A stretch of 63,212 nucleotides of DNA, filler included, from Asterionella formosa (taxonomy: Eukaryota), in the NCBI GenBank assembly GCA_002256025.1. It is 24 parts of 24 records of this genome, joined end to end, with 100 filler letters (N's around TTAATTAATTAA, not from the genome) between each part and the next. Parts side by side here need not be neighbours in the genome. Positions count along the whole stretch, not along the records: positions 1 to 18,133 come from NKIB01004162.1; positions 18,234 to 19,358 come from NKIB01004164.1; positions 19,459 to 20,583 come from NKIB01004165.1; positions 20,684 to 21,806 come from NKIB01004166.1; positions 21,907 to 23,030 come from NKIB01004167.1; positions 23,131 to 24,254 come from NKIB01004168.1; 18 more parts are not named here. One strand, given 5' to 3'. A program made the position numbers and the translations under genes. Shown here piece by piece: positions 11,501-24,354 of this stretch (the first letter of the stretch is position 1; each line of letters begins with the position of its first letter). A model generated the notes under the pieces. The model made no database searches and was not told where the DNA came from. It saw only the letters and a program-made list of their open reading frames with translations.

Positions 11501-14279
11501 TGAAAGGATTCCTCTGGTGCAAAGGGGACGAATATATACATGTTAAGCAAGTGCAATTTTTTCTTGGCTTCTGCTGATATTGTTTGCTGTTGCTTGTTGT
11601 GGTGGCTCTACCTTCGTATTTGTTCGGAATTGTTAGCGCATGCATTGCTTTTTGTCATGAATTAGAAGAAGGGCTTGATTGTGTGCTTTTTACTTGTTGA
11701 TCACAAACTTACTCTACCCACGCTGTTCTTTGTCTAAAAACAATCTATCTGGTGAGCAAGGGTTTGTTGGGAATCAGGTGGCATGGTAAGCACAACGGAT
11801 ACAATGCCTTTGTTACAATTTTTTGTTCATGAACTCACTCTGCGACTGTTGTTCACTGATTGCAGACAATCAATTTGATGAGGGCTGGGTTGGCCATTGG
11901 GGAACAAGGTACTAAAGAGCACAACAGAACCGAAATCATGGCTTCGCAACTTTTGCTTTCTCATCAACTCACTCTGCAAATGTTGCCCTCTTTCTACAAC
12001 AGACAATCAATCTGAACAATGAGAATGAGCAGCCGGCTCATTTGCTATGAAATGATCTGCTGGTAGTAGTAACAGGGACTCCTGCAAGTATGAGTAGCCA
12101 AGCAATCTTGCGATTCATGACAGCATCGAGCTGCAAGAATGAACATCCGTTGCTTGTCCTTTGGTTTGATAATCGCGTTCTATAGAAAGTATCAATATAA
12201 ATATATAGAGAAGCGATCGATTTGATTGATTTTGCGATTGTAGAATGAAATTGAAATGTTGATTGGTTACACATAATTATTTGTTTGACTAGCATATATA
12301 TTTGCTCAACCTTGAGGTATTATTGTGATCAAAGTAAAGATAAAATGGGAGCGAAAAAACAGAATTAATGGTAGTCAGAGTGAAGAATATTTGTGAATGG
12401 AAATGTTGCGAATTGTAGAGAAAAGTAGCGTATTATAGAGATTATTACTGAACAAATTTTTCTTCGTGTGGCCAGAAAATATTGTCAGTTGGCCCCAACA
12501 ATTATGTAGGTTTCTAAAATAATTATGGAAGTTGTAGAAACTAGTTTAGTTCACTCCGTTCATATACATTGTATGATGCATCATATTTTTTATGTGATGT
12601 CATACCCATAAATTATGTACGTAGCTAAATTCGTCATATTGGGCCACCCAAATAATTAATTTGGGTGATCATATTTGACTAACTTTTTTCTGGCGGCTGT
12701 ACCAGTAATTGGCGTTGTAGATGTACTGTAATAGGTTGAGTACACTTGAGTACTACCAAACCACGTGCGTAAGTACCACAAGAGGAGCCATAGAACACTA
12801 GCTGTTTGTGAATATACAGGTGGAACGATGTTCTGACAAATGTATAAAATCTAGAGTGCAATCTTGTCCACAGAAGTACTGGTGTGATCACTGGTACCCA
12901 CTAGCTAATAGAGAAGTAGTAGTTCCATGGAACGAAAGAAAAAATGGTTATACCAGGGATGAATGTGTATCTTTTTCCTCTTTGACAGGATATCTTGTCT
13001 CAACAGAAACAACAGAGGAGTATTCTAAGGATGCCTGACTCTGAGGTTGATGTCAAGGAGTTATCACAAGAGAATTGAATGAAAAAATCGAAGGCAAGAA
13101 TGTACACAAGTTGACAGGATGAATTTCAATTGAATAGCAAGAGAATTGCTTGATAATAGCTTGAGCTCATAACCTGCAATGAAGGGGGAACAAAGGAGAT
13201 CGATGATGTTGATGAATGAGGAGAGAAGAAAAGGGGTGAGTCCAATAACTGACACTGTTGGTTTGTTAAAAGAGGTATTAGATTAAGTTAATATAGAAAA
13301 ATGATAAATAGTGAAGATAGGAACTGTCAGACAAACAGACATAGAGTGACATGTCATAAAGTATTGATTCATACCATTCTGATGATATGTACAGGAGCTA
13401 AGGCGGCTAAAAATATCACGAGGATGATAAGCAAAACTAGGCGGCGAGCACAGTGACCATCCTGCTCCCTTTGATAAATTCTTCTGCAGTCTGACTGCAA
13501 TGATTACTCTTTCTAAGAGACAAGCTCAGTGTACTAAAGCCTTCTGTTCTAATCCCACCTCATTGTGAAATTATTTGACCTATCTTGTTATATCGTTCAT
13601 TTAACCTATTATTAATGTTTTCTTCACAAATTTTTATATAGATATTCATTGTGCTGTTAGACATTCAACTCTTAACTGACAACTCAACTCCACTTACAAT
13701 CACCAATATTCAATCTATCTGCATTGCATGTATACCTTGCTTTCCTTCAGTGAAATGTTGCTTGATTACTTAGAACATTCTCCATTCAAATATTTACCTT
13801 AATTTGCTGATATAGTTCTTGGCAATCAAATGCTGTTCAAATTCTCACATCATTTCAATACAGGATTTTTGCTGGAACATTATTCAAGTTTGATTATAGT
13901 TTGACTGAACTAGCTAATATGCGTGCCGTACTTGATTGTGACATCCCTTTTCATAGAGCGAGCTATGATGAATATAATACCGGTAGGAATGTTAGTATAC
14001 TGGTACCTATTCTATATATATGCAATAGTGTGGTATAATAAGAATACTCAATATATCCAGTTATTTTATCATATAGTGATGCACGGTATCTGAATATATT
14101 GCTCAAGGCAATACAAGCCCAAGGTGGTCTCATGCTTGCAAATAAACATGTGTACGAGAAGGCATGTAGCCACTGAGAAGGGTATTGTTGAGGAGGCAAT
14201 TCATAAACTACCTATTGTTGCGCGATTCGATTACCTATTGCCCACTCACTGAGTGTTAATGTCAATTTTAGCTCAATAT

Positions 14280-15177
14280 AGCCCATCATATAAAAGGCTG
14301 TTTCAAAATGAACATCACAAAAGCAAAACGCAAATTGCTCACCTTAAAGGCAGATCACAGGCAAGAGCTTGCAATTAACAAGGTCGACATTGTTGGACTG
14401 GTGAATATGGCATGGGACAATTCCTTTACAAATATTGCACCAAACAGGAAAGCAATTTACGAACAAGGATGGTATCCCTTGCACTATAATGTCTTGCTTC
14501 ACCCTGAAACTCAACTTACCCAACGACAACAACAGAACATCAATGCGCCCACATAGACTGCCACTCTCCCTCCTGATGAGTTAAACCTCCAAACTGGCTT
14601 TGCTTGAACTATTGTTGGAAGAATTTACGAGTGTTGCAAACGTGAGGATGTGCGAAATGAAATCGACCAGGATGCCCAAGCTACAAAGAGAAAGGAGACA
14701 GCGGATTCCCACATTGAGGGACACAAGAAGGGGATAACTGCAGGACTACTGGCCTCTGCACAAACCTTTGCCCTTGGGCCAACTATTCTTGCTGCTACAC
14801 TGGAATGGAAGCGAATTTCGGACATTGTCATTAGTACAAAAGAAACGAAAAGGCAACAAGAATTCAAGAAACTTCGTGGGAAAGTACTTACATTGAAGGA
14901 ACAGAACAAAATGAAAGATCAAATGTCTGTGCCAGAATTGAAATTAACGGTGCGTTGGTACAAACGGTTAGGTGATAAACCAGTTCCACAAACAAGGCAA
15001 GCTCTAATTACAAGATTCGTCAACACCGATCACCGTGATGACCAGCAACTGCCATTCCCTCGCCATAGTACACCTTCTCCTGCTGTGGTTGTTGTTACTG
15101 CACCTACTTTTGTTGCTATTCCCACTCCTGCTAGTATGACTGCTACTGCCGATCCACCATTCCGTGATGAAGTTTGA
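14280..15177 (+). pseudogene. C-terminal part of a pogo/Tc1-mariner-like (DDE_1) transposase, disrupted
   Basis: AWDNSFTNIAPNRKAIYEQGWYPLHYNVLLHPE motif; in-frame stops at ~14556-14607; homologous piece at ~21340-21460. Confidence 0.6.
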
Positions 15178-16842
15178 GACTATGCAAGTAAGCAATTGGA
15201 TGCGAAGCTCATGATTTATGAAATGCTCTGATGATGATCCTGCCCTACGAAAGTGTAAAACGTACGGTAATAAGAAAATAATTTTTGTAGTATAAACGGA
15301 GTAAAAATGAACACCAATGTAGATTTCCTTATAATAACCGAGTAAATCAATATCATCAGTCCATCGATCAGTGAGACCATTTGAAACTGAACTCTTTTCC
15401 CTCACAATTTTTTGATAAGTGCACTGAATTCCCACCAATGTCGACAAAATCAGTAGAATGATGAATATCGTTATTTCCTGCATATCTGGATTGAAACCCA
15501 AATATTTTTGTTGCAATCGGAATTTTCCTTTCAGCACCAAGAAGCAAAAAGGCTTCTGTACTGGCATTGATCAGCGAACCAACAAAACGTGATTGCAATT
15601 CACATTGTGCCCGAAGACTTAGTTGAAATTTGGTCACACCAGATTTTTCTCCTGTTAAAAATGGTTCTCCACAGCTTGTCCTGCCTATAAAATACACTGA
15701 AGCAAGAACGCACATCACGCCAGACTTGGTATCCTTGGCTTCCCCTGTCAATGTCCTTTGACTGCGCAAAACGATAAAGCGTGAACGCCCACCTAATAAA
15801 GTCATCAATAACTATCCATAGTCTGGAAGTTATATTCTGTTAGACCAGCTGGTGTGTCATGAATTATGTTAGCATTTTTAATTCAAACATATTTGATAAG
15901 AATATAATCACCGACTCAAAACATCATGCTGTCAAAGCATCTCCCGCCCTGCAAGAACTTACCTAAGATTCCTTTAAATTGATTATTCAATACATTCTGA
16001 CATTCTCTAGCTCAACTTTTTAATGCACATGCCACCAAATGATGATTTAATATAATCTAAACGTGCCTTGTTGGGACGTTCAATGGTCTGATTCATCGGA
16101 AGTAGTGCATCAGAACCATTCCATATGAAATCGGCAAGCACTGGGTCATTCTCCAGTTCTTTGCCTAACTCCGGTTTCACTGTGTATAGCCGAGTTAGGC
16201 ATGTCAACATTGGGCAAACCAATCCTGTTTGTGATTGGAAATGCCTTTCATACTTCTTTGACCAGATAGACAGGGCGGGATGTTTGATTCTCCTATGGGA
16301 CCAGAAAAAAGCACATTAGAATGATATTCTTCTTTACAGTACCTGCAATTCGCGAACTATAACCTCAAACTTACATGTTCACAGCAAAACTTCTTGGTCT
16401 TGAAAATAAAACTTACAACCTTTGTTACAATTGATGGTTCAATTTTAGCTAAGCGGGAACGACGTTCTGATAAGGCTGCTGAAATTGAAGATTCTTGATA
16501 ACCTTGTATAGAAGAGTTTTGAACCGAATTACGACCTTTGTAGTGATTGAGCTCATTGACCAATTGATAACATCCTTTGGCAAGTGCAAAATGTTTTCCC
16601 CTCAGTTTGTCATGTACTTGTTAGTCCGTGCAATTAGAAAATTTATGAGATGGTAACGTTTTGTCCATCTGCATCTGGGAGTTATTAATGTTATCATCGA
16701 CAGGAGCCATTTTTGTTGTATCAACAATTGAAAAAGAAACGTTATCATCGCTTTCAGTGTCAATTACGGGAGCCTTTGTACTAGTAGCTGATGGTGTCCC
16801 CTTCGACGATGGAGTAGTACCCCCACTAACTCTCTGTCGCTG

Positions 16843-17053
16843 ATTGGGTTCCTTTGGATAGTCGCCTATTCGCTTTTTCTTTGTTAACTCATTTTGGTAC
16901 TTGCTTCTTTGTTCCATACCGGCAGTATTTGCCACATGTTGCTTGTTTCCATGAACCTCTTTATGGTTTTTGAAGACATTGCTTGTACAACTAGATAACT
17001 GTTGTCGTTGTCTTGCTTCCTTAAAGTTCGATGATCTTAAAATCAGGTGTTGC
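16843..17053. repeat. Dispersed repeat shared (inverted) with 29631-29824, next to the Plavaka transposase
   Basis: For example GCAACACCTGATTTTAAGATCAT and GGTTCATGGAAACAAGC.ACATGTGGCAAATACTGCC are present in both copies. Confidence 0.85.
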
Positions 17054-17204
17054 AAGCTGCAATGAAATGAATCATCAGCCACTACATATAATATTTTAGG
17101 CTGTCTAGTTATGATACCAAAAAACATCAGTGCCATTTACATTATCATAAAAAAATCAGATCCGAGTTTGAGTAATAGCATCTCTTGTTTTCAAATATAC
17201 GATT

Positions 17205-17865
17205 ATACAATCCTAAAAATATGATGATTTACTGTCCCGCTGTAGTAGCAGCAGTCATGAACATATGGTGTTCTGTTGCTTGCTTACTACTGCAACTACC
17301 CTCTTTAAATTTTACGATCGTACAATACTAAAACTGTGATGATTTACTGTCCCGCTGTAGTAGCAACAGTCATGAACATATGGTGTTCTGTTGCTTGCTT
17401 ACTACTCCGACTATTCTTTTTCAATTTTATGATCATACGATCCTAAAAATATGATGATTTATTGTCCCACTGCAGTAGCAGCAGTCATGAACATATGGCG
17501 TTTTTTTGCTCGCTTACTACTCCGACTATCCTTTTTCAATTTTATGATCATACTATCCTAAAACTATGATGATTTACTGTCCCTCTGCAGTAGCAACATT
17601 CATGAACATATGGTGTTTTAATGCTCACTAACCACTCCAACTATTCTTTTTCAATTTTATGATCATACAATCCTAAAAATATGATGATTTACTGTCCCGC
17701 TGCAGTAGCAGCAGTCATGAACATATGGTGATCTGTTGCTTGCTCACTACTCCGACTATTCTTTTTCAATTTTATGATCATACGATCCTAAAACTATGAT
17801 GATTTACTGTCCCACTGCAGAAGCAACAGTCATGAACATATGGTGTTCTTTTGCTTGCTTACTAA
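17205..17865. repeat. 115-bp tandem repeat, ~6 copies, with 230-bp dimeric higher-order structure
   Basis: CATGAACATATGG at 17256, 17371, 17486, 17601, 17716 and 17831. Confidence 0.95.
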
Positions 17866-18133
17866 CTGGTACTCTGACTACCTGGTACCCCCAGTATATC
17901 ACTTCCTACCTGCTACTGGTACTCTGTATATATATGATAAAATTTTAGTGTCGTATGATGTACCGGTACACATGACAAACTCCTGCCCCAAAAAAGGGGC
18001 TTAGACAATTTGCTACCAAAATCCTCGCGTATAAATAATGATACAAATGGGTTATGACTTAGTACACCAATTGAATGGTCTAAATAATTAGTGCCAACGG
18101 ATGTAGAAAATATTGATGCAAACAAATTTCAAA

Positions 18134-18233
18134 NNNNNNNNNNNNNNNNNNNNNNNNNNNNNNNNNNNNNNNNNNNNTTAATTAATTAANNNNNNNNNNN
18201 NNNNNNNNNNNNNNNNNNNNNNNNNNNNNNNNN
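18134..18233. other. Artificial contig linker (44N-TTAATTAATTAA-44N), first of 23
   Basis: The same six-frame-stop linker starts at 19359, 20584, 21807, 23031, 24255, 25479, 43658, 44881, 46104, 47327, 48550, 49773, 50996, 52218, 53440, 54662, 55884, 57106, 58328, 59550, 60771 and 61992. Confidence 0.98.
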
Positions 18234-18469
18234 GATTTTAGTTTATTCTACTGTTTTAAACAACACAGGGGACACATGGGGATTTGTTTGCTTATTTACC
18301 CAGGTACTTCGGTCAACTCCAGAGACATGCTGCTTAGTACCAGAAAAGGCAAAGTTCCGCCTCAGAGATTCATTGAGAGATATTTCCTTTCAGTGATTTC
18401 GAATAAATACGCTAGCGTGGTCGGCAGAACAACTTACATCATGGTGCAAAAGGAAAGAAAGATAAAGGT

Positions 18470-19358
18470 TGAAAATATAATCTTAAAGATTTATATACCT
18501 ACGCCGTTCTAGCGCATTCGCTGTCCAAGCTCGTACCCTGTACTATCGCTAGAGCACTCTAACGGCTAGTTAGTGCACTGTACCGTATGACATGGTACGT
18601 GCACCCACGCGCCCACACTGCACTGCAATATTCATTCAGTCCCCTCGAATACATGGGAGGTGAAACCAAACAAATATACCACTAAACATCGACCTGGATT
18701 CGGTGCCACATGTCATTGCGTGCCCAGGAGGTAACCGGTGTCATAGGTTATGACATCGCGATGAACCTTGGCTTCAATCTTCGACCCACTGTGATCCATC
18801 AATACATGAACTTGTCGCACAAATACTCTCGTGTAATTCGGGGTAATGGCTTCGTCAGCACATCAGCCAAATTAGTCTTTCCATCTTCCTTCGTTACCCG
18901 AATCGTCCCTGCCGCCACAGCTTCTCTCGCTCTGTGATACGCTATCGCATTATGTTTCTTTTTCAAAGTCGATTCTGGATAAATCGTGTTCTTTGTCACC
19001 GCCTCGTTGTCGCAGAAAACGTTAGTCGGTCCATCGATTGGGATTCCAAACATTCTCAGCTTATACCTCAATGCCTTGATCAGTTCGACCGAGATCTTCA
19101 ATGCAACAAATTCGCTACCAAACGTCGATGTCTCGACAGTGTTCTGTCGCTTACTGTACCATATAATTGGAGCCCAATTCACAAAAATCAGTATCCCGGT
19201 CTGCGAGCGCCTCGTCACCCGATTCCCCGCATGATCCGCATCCACAAAACAGTGAGTAGTTACAACATTACCTCTGGGCTCGGGTGCGTCCCCTGGAATA
19301 GACTCCTGCGCTCCCCTGTAAAAGTCGTGCCAATCGCATTTAACAAACCTGGATTCGT
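18470..19358 (-). mobile_element. Ty1/Copia 3' end: RNase H (stop at 18799), PPT and probable LTR (starts 18638, other end uncertain)
   Basis: FVDADHAGNRVTRRSQTG, WYSKRQNTVETSTFGSEF, FCDNEAV and NLADVLTK motifs; GAGGGGAC tract followed by TG at 18638. Confidence 0.9.
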
Positions 19359-21339
19359 NNNNNNNNNNNNNNNNNNNNNNNNNNNNNNNNNNNNNNNNNN
19401 NNTTAATTAATTAANNNNNNNNNNNNNNNNNNNNNNNNNNNNNNNNNNNNNNNNNNNNTCATCATCATCAGGAGATGAGATGAAAGTCGACATGGTCAGT
19501 GACCGACGATGATGAATATATAGAACGCATGCATATAATGAACAAGAGGCGGCATAGCATACAAGAGGATGCATCGATATGAAAATTTAACTGTTCAAAA
19601 TTAAAGTTAAAAATATATATAATGTCAGAGAAGTAATCTTAAATATCTCTATTATCAGAGCGCAAGGACGATATTATGTAGCAGATCACCAGAATAATTT
19701 GTGTTATAATACACACATGATATAATAATTTTTTATTATCAGAGCGCGCCCAATGCTTTACTTCATATTTACATCTATCTGACGTGTACATTTTGTCAAT
19801 CTGACACAATTTAGCTGTCAACATGAAGGAGATGATTCTGCTCATGGTTCATCATTATAAAAGGTTCACCCGTTGGGGCTGTTATTTCGCATACTGGTAG
19901 TTAGGTTCTTATTGAAGAATAAACAATACTCTGTTGCTATTATGATTCATTTGCAAGATGAATATAGGAAATTGGTCTTTATGTACCGGTTTATAAAATG
20001 CTACTCTATGATACGACGTCGACATAGATGAATAAACCACCCTTCTGCCCGGTGTACAGTCACACGAATGCATATAAGGGATTCGCTCTATTAGCCAGCA
20101 TTTCACCATGGTGGCAGCCCTTCCAAACAATGATGCCAGGCAAGACACAAGCACTACCAATGCATCAGTGGGAACAACAGCCGCAATTAATTTTGCTATT
20201 ATGATGGTGGATCAAAATGATATATCTCATCTAGCAAAAAAGGCACGTACTGATGCCCACTCCAGTGCGGCTGCCAAAGGCAAAAAGCCATCACTAACTA
20301 TACAGATCAAAGCGGCATTTCAGGAAAATCTTGGAAAGGCAAGAGCAGCAGCCATGGCACACACAGTGACTCTTTGAAAGGCACAGCTGAACAGTGGTGA
20401 AGGAAAATCACTAGTGGAGGAAAACACTCACATATGAAAATACAGCTCAACATCACTCGGGACTACTGGGAGGAAGCAATATGGTGGAAAAGATTGAAAG
20501 CGATGCCAGGGACTCCTGTGATTCCACAAAATCAGCAAACCTTTGAAGCGAAACGATTTTCGACACAACTAGACGTCAAAAGCNNNNNNNNNNNNNNNNN
20601 NNNNNNNNNNNNNNNNNNNNNNNNNNNTTAATTAATTAANNNNNNNNNNNNNNNNNNNNNNNNNNNNNNNNNNNNNNNNNNNNTAATGGTATTACCGGTA
20701 CCAGGTAAAGTAATAGCTACGTAGCGGCATGTGCAGTTTATGATGGTATTGATGATGTGATCTCAAATTTGAAACTCCGCAAATACGAACTAGTACAATG
20801 TTATTAGAATGTAAAAATTATAAATGTGCAGTACTACCGGTAGGGTACCCTGGTACCACCTAAAAACTGAGAGTCATACAAACTTTCAGTTTTGTACTGA
20901 TAGTCATAACAAAACGGGGTAATCACACGGTTTGAGACGAATATTTGTAATATTATAAATCTGTATTAGACAAAGTCCTTCCTGTGCATATAAGGAACAG
21001 CATTGTTCGTACTTGAACACTGCAATCTCGTACCAGTTCTTTAGTTATAGTAGCCCAAAATTGGCTGTCGACGGTTTTTGGTCCAAATCAGTTTTACCCC
21101 ATTGAGCCTGCATGACTTTTTCAACACATAGGAGAAGCTGAAGCTATATAAATAATTAGCTTGTTTCAAGACTTTTCCGCATCATTACTATGGCATGTTT
21201 GCGCCATTGCAATTAAGTTGTGCGCCATAATAACTTGTTTATTTAGAGTTGTTTAAGTGCTGGTGCGCCAATCAATAAATATTATAACCTAGTGGTACCT
21301 GGTACTGGCATGATAGACTACTAGTAGACCAGCACTGCT

Positions 21340-21460
21340 GAAATTAAGATCCTTGTGCGAAGGTTTCGACGCAACGGAGATTTCCCGGTACCACAAACAA
21401 GACAAGCCATACTTACCCGCTTGGGAGAGACCTCACACCGAGGAGACCAGCAGGCGCCAG
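21340..21460 (+). pseudogene. Fragment homologous to the pogo-like transposase tail at ~14940-15060
   Basis: RRFRRNGDFPVPQTRQAILTRLGETSHRGDQQAP vs RWYKRLGDKPVPQTRQALITRFVNTDHRDDQQLP. Confidence 0.65.
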
Positions 21461-22335
21461 CAGAAGAGATCAAAACTGCTGTGGTTCTTGCTGCGAGTCC
21501 AATCCCCCCTATTCTCCCCCCTTGGCCTGGAGTTGACAATTGTGCTGGCACATAAGGGGGAAATTGAAATTCCAGCCGCACTGCCTTGCATGCTTCGGGC
21601 AAGGAAGAATATATGAAGGGTGGCTGGCTGAGAGGAGAAATATGAAGGAAGCGACGAAACAAGGAGGCGGAAGCGGAGCAAGGTGGAGAAGCAAACAAGC
21701 AATCAAACAAAAAATTCTCGCTTGGCTGACATCTGTCATAGTAGTAATACCAAACCAGTAGCCTGATGTAAGCAGAACACTAATTAGTGACAAACGTAAA
21801 TAATCCNNNNNNNNNNNNNNNNNNNNNNNNNNNNNNNNNNNNNNNNNNNNTTAATTAATTAANNNNNNNNNNNNNNNNNNNNNNNNNNNNNNNNNNNNNN
21901 NNNNNNGAGACATGCAATGCTCAACGATGCTCAACAAGTACCAACGGTGCTTTATTTCCAATCTGGCAGGCTATTGTAATCTCTACAATCAACAATGACT
22001 TAATTATGTGTCTACAACATCAACTACTACTACTACGTGTGCTGAATTCTACAGTGTGAATCTTCCTCTTGCATGTGTTATTCTTTGCCAGTTCAGATCA
22101 AAGAAATATGTCGGAGGGGAAAAAATAATAAGTGAATCGGAATTGGCGACTCTTTCGTTCATTATATGGTGAAAGCAGCATAATATTGCGGCAGAGCAGC
22201 ATAATTTCGCTTTTAAACTGTTGCGATGGCTAGTTGGTCAACATATATTGTCACGAACACACATAATTATTGGTGTGATCACATAATTATTCGATAAGTG
22301 AAATAAATTTTTGTTTAACCCGAATAAATTAGGGA

Positions 22336-22465
22336 AAAAGTAGCATAATATTTCAAAAAAGTAACATAATATTTTAGAAAAGTAACATAATATTTTAAAA
22401 AAGTAGCATAAATACGTCACTTTACACATAAATTCGAAAAAGTGCCGTAAACGGCGTCTTAGATG
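22336..22465 (-). mobile_element. Terminus of a diverged CATCTAAG-family element with four 21-bp subterminal repeats
   Basis: GTA(G/A)CATAA at 22340, 22361, 22382 and 22403. The end reads CATCTAAGACGCCGTTTACGGCACTTTTTCGAA on the minus strand, similar to 55838 and 62971. Confidence 0.6.
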
Positions 22466-22835
22466 GATAGACGAGGAAAGTGGTATACCTTACATAGTGT
22501 TGGGGAAAATCTTTGGTTTTGTATTGCTTGGGCCTGAATTTGATTTTACTGATCCACGATTGTGTGCATCACTCCGCAACGAAACAACTGGAATCTTTGC
22601 AATTGTGAACTCATGTAAGGATCCAAGTGAGAGTTTATTTAATAGCCGTCGTTCTAAAATGTTTGAGATAGCTCACCTGATGGGTTATGAATCAGGAAAG
22701 AGAAAACAGCTCATGTTTGTTACAGTCGATTGTATTTCTGCTCCTGCTGTTGTTGTCCCTAATATTGGAGGAATACCTGGGTCGGTATTACAAGTTAAAC
22801 CTCAGCATACTTGGCAATCTTTTTTCTCATTTTGA
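22466..22835 (+). pseudogene. Plavaka-like transposase C-terminal fragment
   Basis: W.DEESGIPYIVLGKIFGF...FVTVDCISAPAVVVPNIGG..VKPQHTW parallels the end of the ORF at 28900-29295 (NWEK..VPAKLLLW..NILSAAFVV..PPRHLW). Confidence 0.5.
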
Positions 22836-23130
22836 GATTCTAGATATGCATGCACACAACACAGCAGTACTAGTTATTTCTATTAATATATATATTAGCT
22901 ACCGGTAGCTATATGTATGAACGTTGTATGCTACACGAAGGCCAAAGCGAGCGCTGGTCAATGTGTACGACAGGGTCTCCAATAAATCAGTTCTCGACCA
23001 TGCCCGGAAGCCTTCCGAAATCAAGAAAATNNNNNNNNNNNNNNNNNNNNNNNNNNNNNNNNNNNNNNNNNNNNTTAATTAATTAANNNNNNNNNNNNNN
23101 NNNNNNNNNNNNNNNNNNNNNNNNNNNNNN

Positions 23131-23846
23131 GCATTCACTTTCTCAGCTGTAAACCCGTGTCTCCACCTAGCCTCACTACATCCATCCCTCCTCTTAACGG
23201 TGCTATTTACGTCCACTGTCAAATTCTTAAGGAGGTTGTATCCAGTGCTGCTGAGGCCGAATTAGCTGCTTTATTCCACAATGGCAAAGAGGCATATGCT
23301 ATTCGCACCATTCTTGCTGAGCTTGGTCATCCCCAACCTTCTACCCGTATTGTCACCGATAATAGCACTGCCAGTGGCATCGCCAATGATACTGTCCGAC
23401 AAAAACGTTCCAAAGCTATGGATATGCGTTATTACTGGGTACGCGATCGGGTTCGCCAAGGCCAATTTCTTGTATACTGGAAAAAAGGTAGTTTGAATCG
23501 TGCTGATTATTTCACTAAACATCATCCCGCTTCCCATCATATGTTGATGCGCCCGCACTACCTCCATTGCCCTCCATCCCTCCCTAGTCCTCCTAACTAT
23601 TATGCGTGCTTGGCTTCCGATGCTGATAGCATCTCCCTCCCCGCTCCTGTTCTCCTGCCTGCATCTGTTGGTGAGGGTGTGTTAATATCTGCATATGATG
23701 CTCCATACATGCGCCGTACGAACCATACCGGCGCAGCCACCAGATTAGGTACATGCGTGAGTGCTGACAACGATGTACTTGGAACAGCAATAGAATAGTC
23801 ATAATATTGTAGTTCACCTTTATTCACGATAAGGTTCCCCTCAACA
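23131..23846 (+). mobile_element. CoDi-type Copia 3' end: RNase H, PPT and 167-bp 3' LTR (23680-23846)
   Basis: SSAAEAELAALF, TDNSTASG, KRSKAMDMRYYWVRDR and NRADYFTKHH motifs; GGTGAGGGTG precedes TGTTAAT. The pol ORF reads into the LTR (stop at 23798). Confidence 0.93.
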
Positions 23847-24354
23847 GTACCGGTACCAGGGTACCTGGTACAGCACATAGCTTCCGGATTCTTTCCGGCT
23901 AGGCTGATTTCAGTCTAATAGACAGGATTCAGTCTGGGTTTTCAATCCCTTGCCCCTACATAGCTCAATTCAATGGATATATTTCATTTCTGAAAAGTCA
24001 ATCTATATCTACAGAGCTGTAGGCTTCTGGAGGTATGCATGGCAATAAGCTTATATATAGAGGTTTAAAAAATTTCAGATACATGAGAAGTCTGTCTGCC
24101 AAAAAAATCTGAAAAATATCTGTGCGGGATGGCGCAAAAACGAAATTTGACAATGGGCAAAGGTGCTGTCATCTCATGCCTTACCAAGTACATTCACCCA
24201 TCACTGTGGGTCCAAAATTATCATGCGAACATTGCAAAAGGTCATCGACTTGAANNNNNNNNNNNNNNNNNNNNNNNNNNNNNNNNNNNNNNNNNNNNTT
24301 AATTAATTAANNNNNNNNNNNNNNNNNNNNNNNNNNNNNNNNNNNNNNNNNNNN

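Noticed and set aside
13163..13393. Possible Copia LTR with GGTTATGAGC PBS-like motif on the minus strand
   Set aside because: Single copy, boundaries uncertain, no recognisable gag.
17205..17865. CRISPR-like array
   Set aside because: Entire units are repeated, with no unique spacers and no cas genes; eukaryotic context.
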